A DNA stretch of 64,000 bases, from NCBI GenBank assembly GCA_016930075.1, contig JAFGHS010000050.1, forward strand, positions 32,872-96,871, given 5' to 3'. How positions within the stretch are numbered: position 1 is the stretch's first letter; each line of letters begins with the position of its first letter. The stretch is from Deltaproteobacteria bacterium (lineage in GTDB: Bacteria > Desulfobacterota > Syntrophia > Syntrophales > JAFGHS01). A program made the position numbers and the translations under genes. The notes beneath the pieces are model-generated. The model was not told where the DNA came from and did not search any database. It saw nothing but the letters and a program-made list of their open reading frames with translations. Shown here piece after piece: positions 63,024 through 64,000 of this stretch.

Positions 63024-64000
63024 ATGAAGGCAGCAATGATTTTAGAAGGCAATCGATTGGAGATTCAAGATGTGCCCAAGCCTGTACCGGCGTTCGAAGA
63101 AGCGTTGGTGAAGATTATAACTGCAGGCGTCTGCCATTCCGACGTACACTTGGTGAAAGGAGACTGGCCGCGGTTTATCCGGTCTTTTCCGACCCCCGTG
63201 GGGCACGAGGGTATCGGTATCATCGAAGCATTGGGCCCCGGAGCTGATAAATACTTCCAGATCGGCGACCGGGTCATCCTTGGCCTGGGCGGCGCAGGCG
63301 GCGCTTACTGGTGCGGCGCCTGTGAATTCTGTCTCAGCGGCAGACCCCGGCTTTGCAGGCAGGCCAAAGGCGTCAGGGGCGTCTACGCCGAATACGTATC
63401 CCTATGGGCGAAAGCATTGGTCAAGCTGCCGGAAGCTGTCAGCAACGAAGAGGTCTCCCTGGCCTGCGGCGGCCTGACCAGTTACAGCGCCGTAAAAAAA
63501 TTCCTCAAGTTCGGCGTTGTACCGGGCAAGCCGATTGCTATCGTTGGCGCAGCGGGCGGCCTCGGCCACTATGCCGTTCAGTCCGCCAAAGCCTTCGGTT
63601 TTAAAGTTCTCGGCGTGGACGTGGGACAGGATAAAATTGATTTCATTAAAAATCACCTGGGTGCGGATTATGCTGTCGATGCCGCGGACGCCCGCCGGTT
63701 TGTCAAGGAAGAGTTGGCTGGGGGAGTATACGGCAGCGTTGTATTCACGCCGAAGATTGCCGGTTTTGCACTGGGTTTGAAGCTCATGAGGCAGGGCGGC
63801 ATATTTGTCAGTGTCGGCATGCCGGCGGAAAGCGAAGGCGGGATCGAAATCAACCCGCTGGAGCTGCTCAGCAGAGATCCGATCATCATGTCGTCGGCCG
63901 TCGGTACGGTGGAGGAAATGCGGGAACTGGTGCAACTGTGCGCCGACGGCAAGGTGAAAAGCCATATCAGCAGGCGCGCGCCGCTGTCTCAGCTTCAGAA
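63024..64000 (+). CDS. Zinc-dependent alcohol dehydrogenase (MDR family), 3' end outside window
   Basis: This ORF is not in the supplied track because it has no in-window stop. My manual translation from ATG 63024 (AGGAGG RBS at 63008-63013) is open to base 64000. It gives MKAAMILEGNRLEIQDVPKP...GVCHSDVH...GHEGIG...CGACEFCLSGRPRLC...VGAAGGLGH, i.e. catalytic and structural Zn ligands and a GxGxxG NAD site. Confidence 0.85.
   Translation, partial: MKAAMILEGNRLEIQDVPKPVPAFEEALVKIITAGVCHSDVHLVKGDWPRFIRSFPTPVGHEGIGIIEALGPGADKYFQIGDRVILGLGGAGGAYWCGACEFCLSGRPRLCRQAKGVRGVYAEYVSLWAKALVKLPEAVSNEEVSLACGGLTSYSAVKKFLKFGVVPGKPIAIVGAAGGLGHYAVQSAKAFGFKVLGVDVGQDKIDFIKNHLGADYAVDAADARRFVKEELAGGVYGSVVFTPKIAGFALGLKLMRQGGIFVSVGMPAESEGGIEINPLELLSRDPIIMSSAVGTVEEMRELVQLCADGKVKSHISRRAPLSQLQ

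Noticed and set aside
1-64000. Prophage, integrative element or transposon content
   Set aside because: No integrase, transposase, recombinase, phage structural or conjugation genes were recognisable in any frame. The only mobile-like features are the short non-autonomous repeats.

Overview
This is a 64-kb chromosomal window from a moderately GC-rich anaerobe. It is probably deltaproteobacterial or Syntrophia-like, but that is only an inference from gene content (tungsten-type AOR, SelB, LUD, LLM and 4Fe-4S genes, and several short dispersed repeat families). All calls come from reading the supplied translations and DNA by eye; no searches were run.

Bases 1-26,000 are housekeeping. They hold a partial GH13 gene, a thiolase, a YhaM-like HD nuclease, selB, ruvX and mltG. 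A complete co-directional dcw cluster follows: mraZ-rsmH-ftsL-ftsI-murE-murF-mraY-murD-ftsW-murG-murC-murB-ftsQ-ftsA-ftsZ, with no ddl. It is preceded by a near-consensus sigma70-type promoter and three GTGGAG/T boxes at 10-bp spacing, a likely MraZ operator. murE is split by a 1-nt indel.

The remainder is mixed:
- TRAP-transporter periplasmic parts without membrane subunits
- tex, a DEAD-box helicase, and a PAS-GGDEF-EAL protein
- a tungsten-type aldehyde:ferredoxin oxidoreductase
- a deleted adenylate-cyclase remnant next to hicBA
- an exported DUF4384 plus TPR-CHAT lipoprotein pair
- a Cys-rich orphan next to a single-chain BC-BCCP-CT acyl-CoA carboxylase
- a multi-cluster Fe-S protein, an AKR, an ABC exporter-like protein, an S41 peptidase, a PanE-like reductase, a decayed FAD oxidoreductase, a VOC protein, and a 3'-truncated Zn-ADH that is absent from the ORF track

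The most unusual signal is a family of perfect palindromes, GGGGACAGATTT[C/G]AAATCTGTCCCC, with at least 6 copies. Two copies sit in frame inside the tex coding region. At least five other short repeat families fill most long intergenic spacers, including two spacers inside the dcw cluster. I found no rRNA, tRNA, CRISPR array, transposase or integrase.
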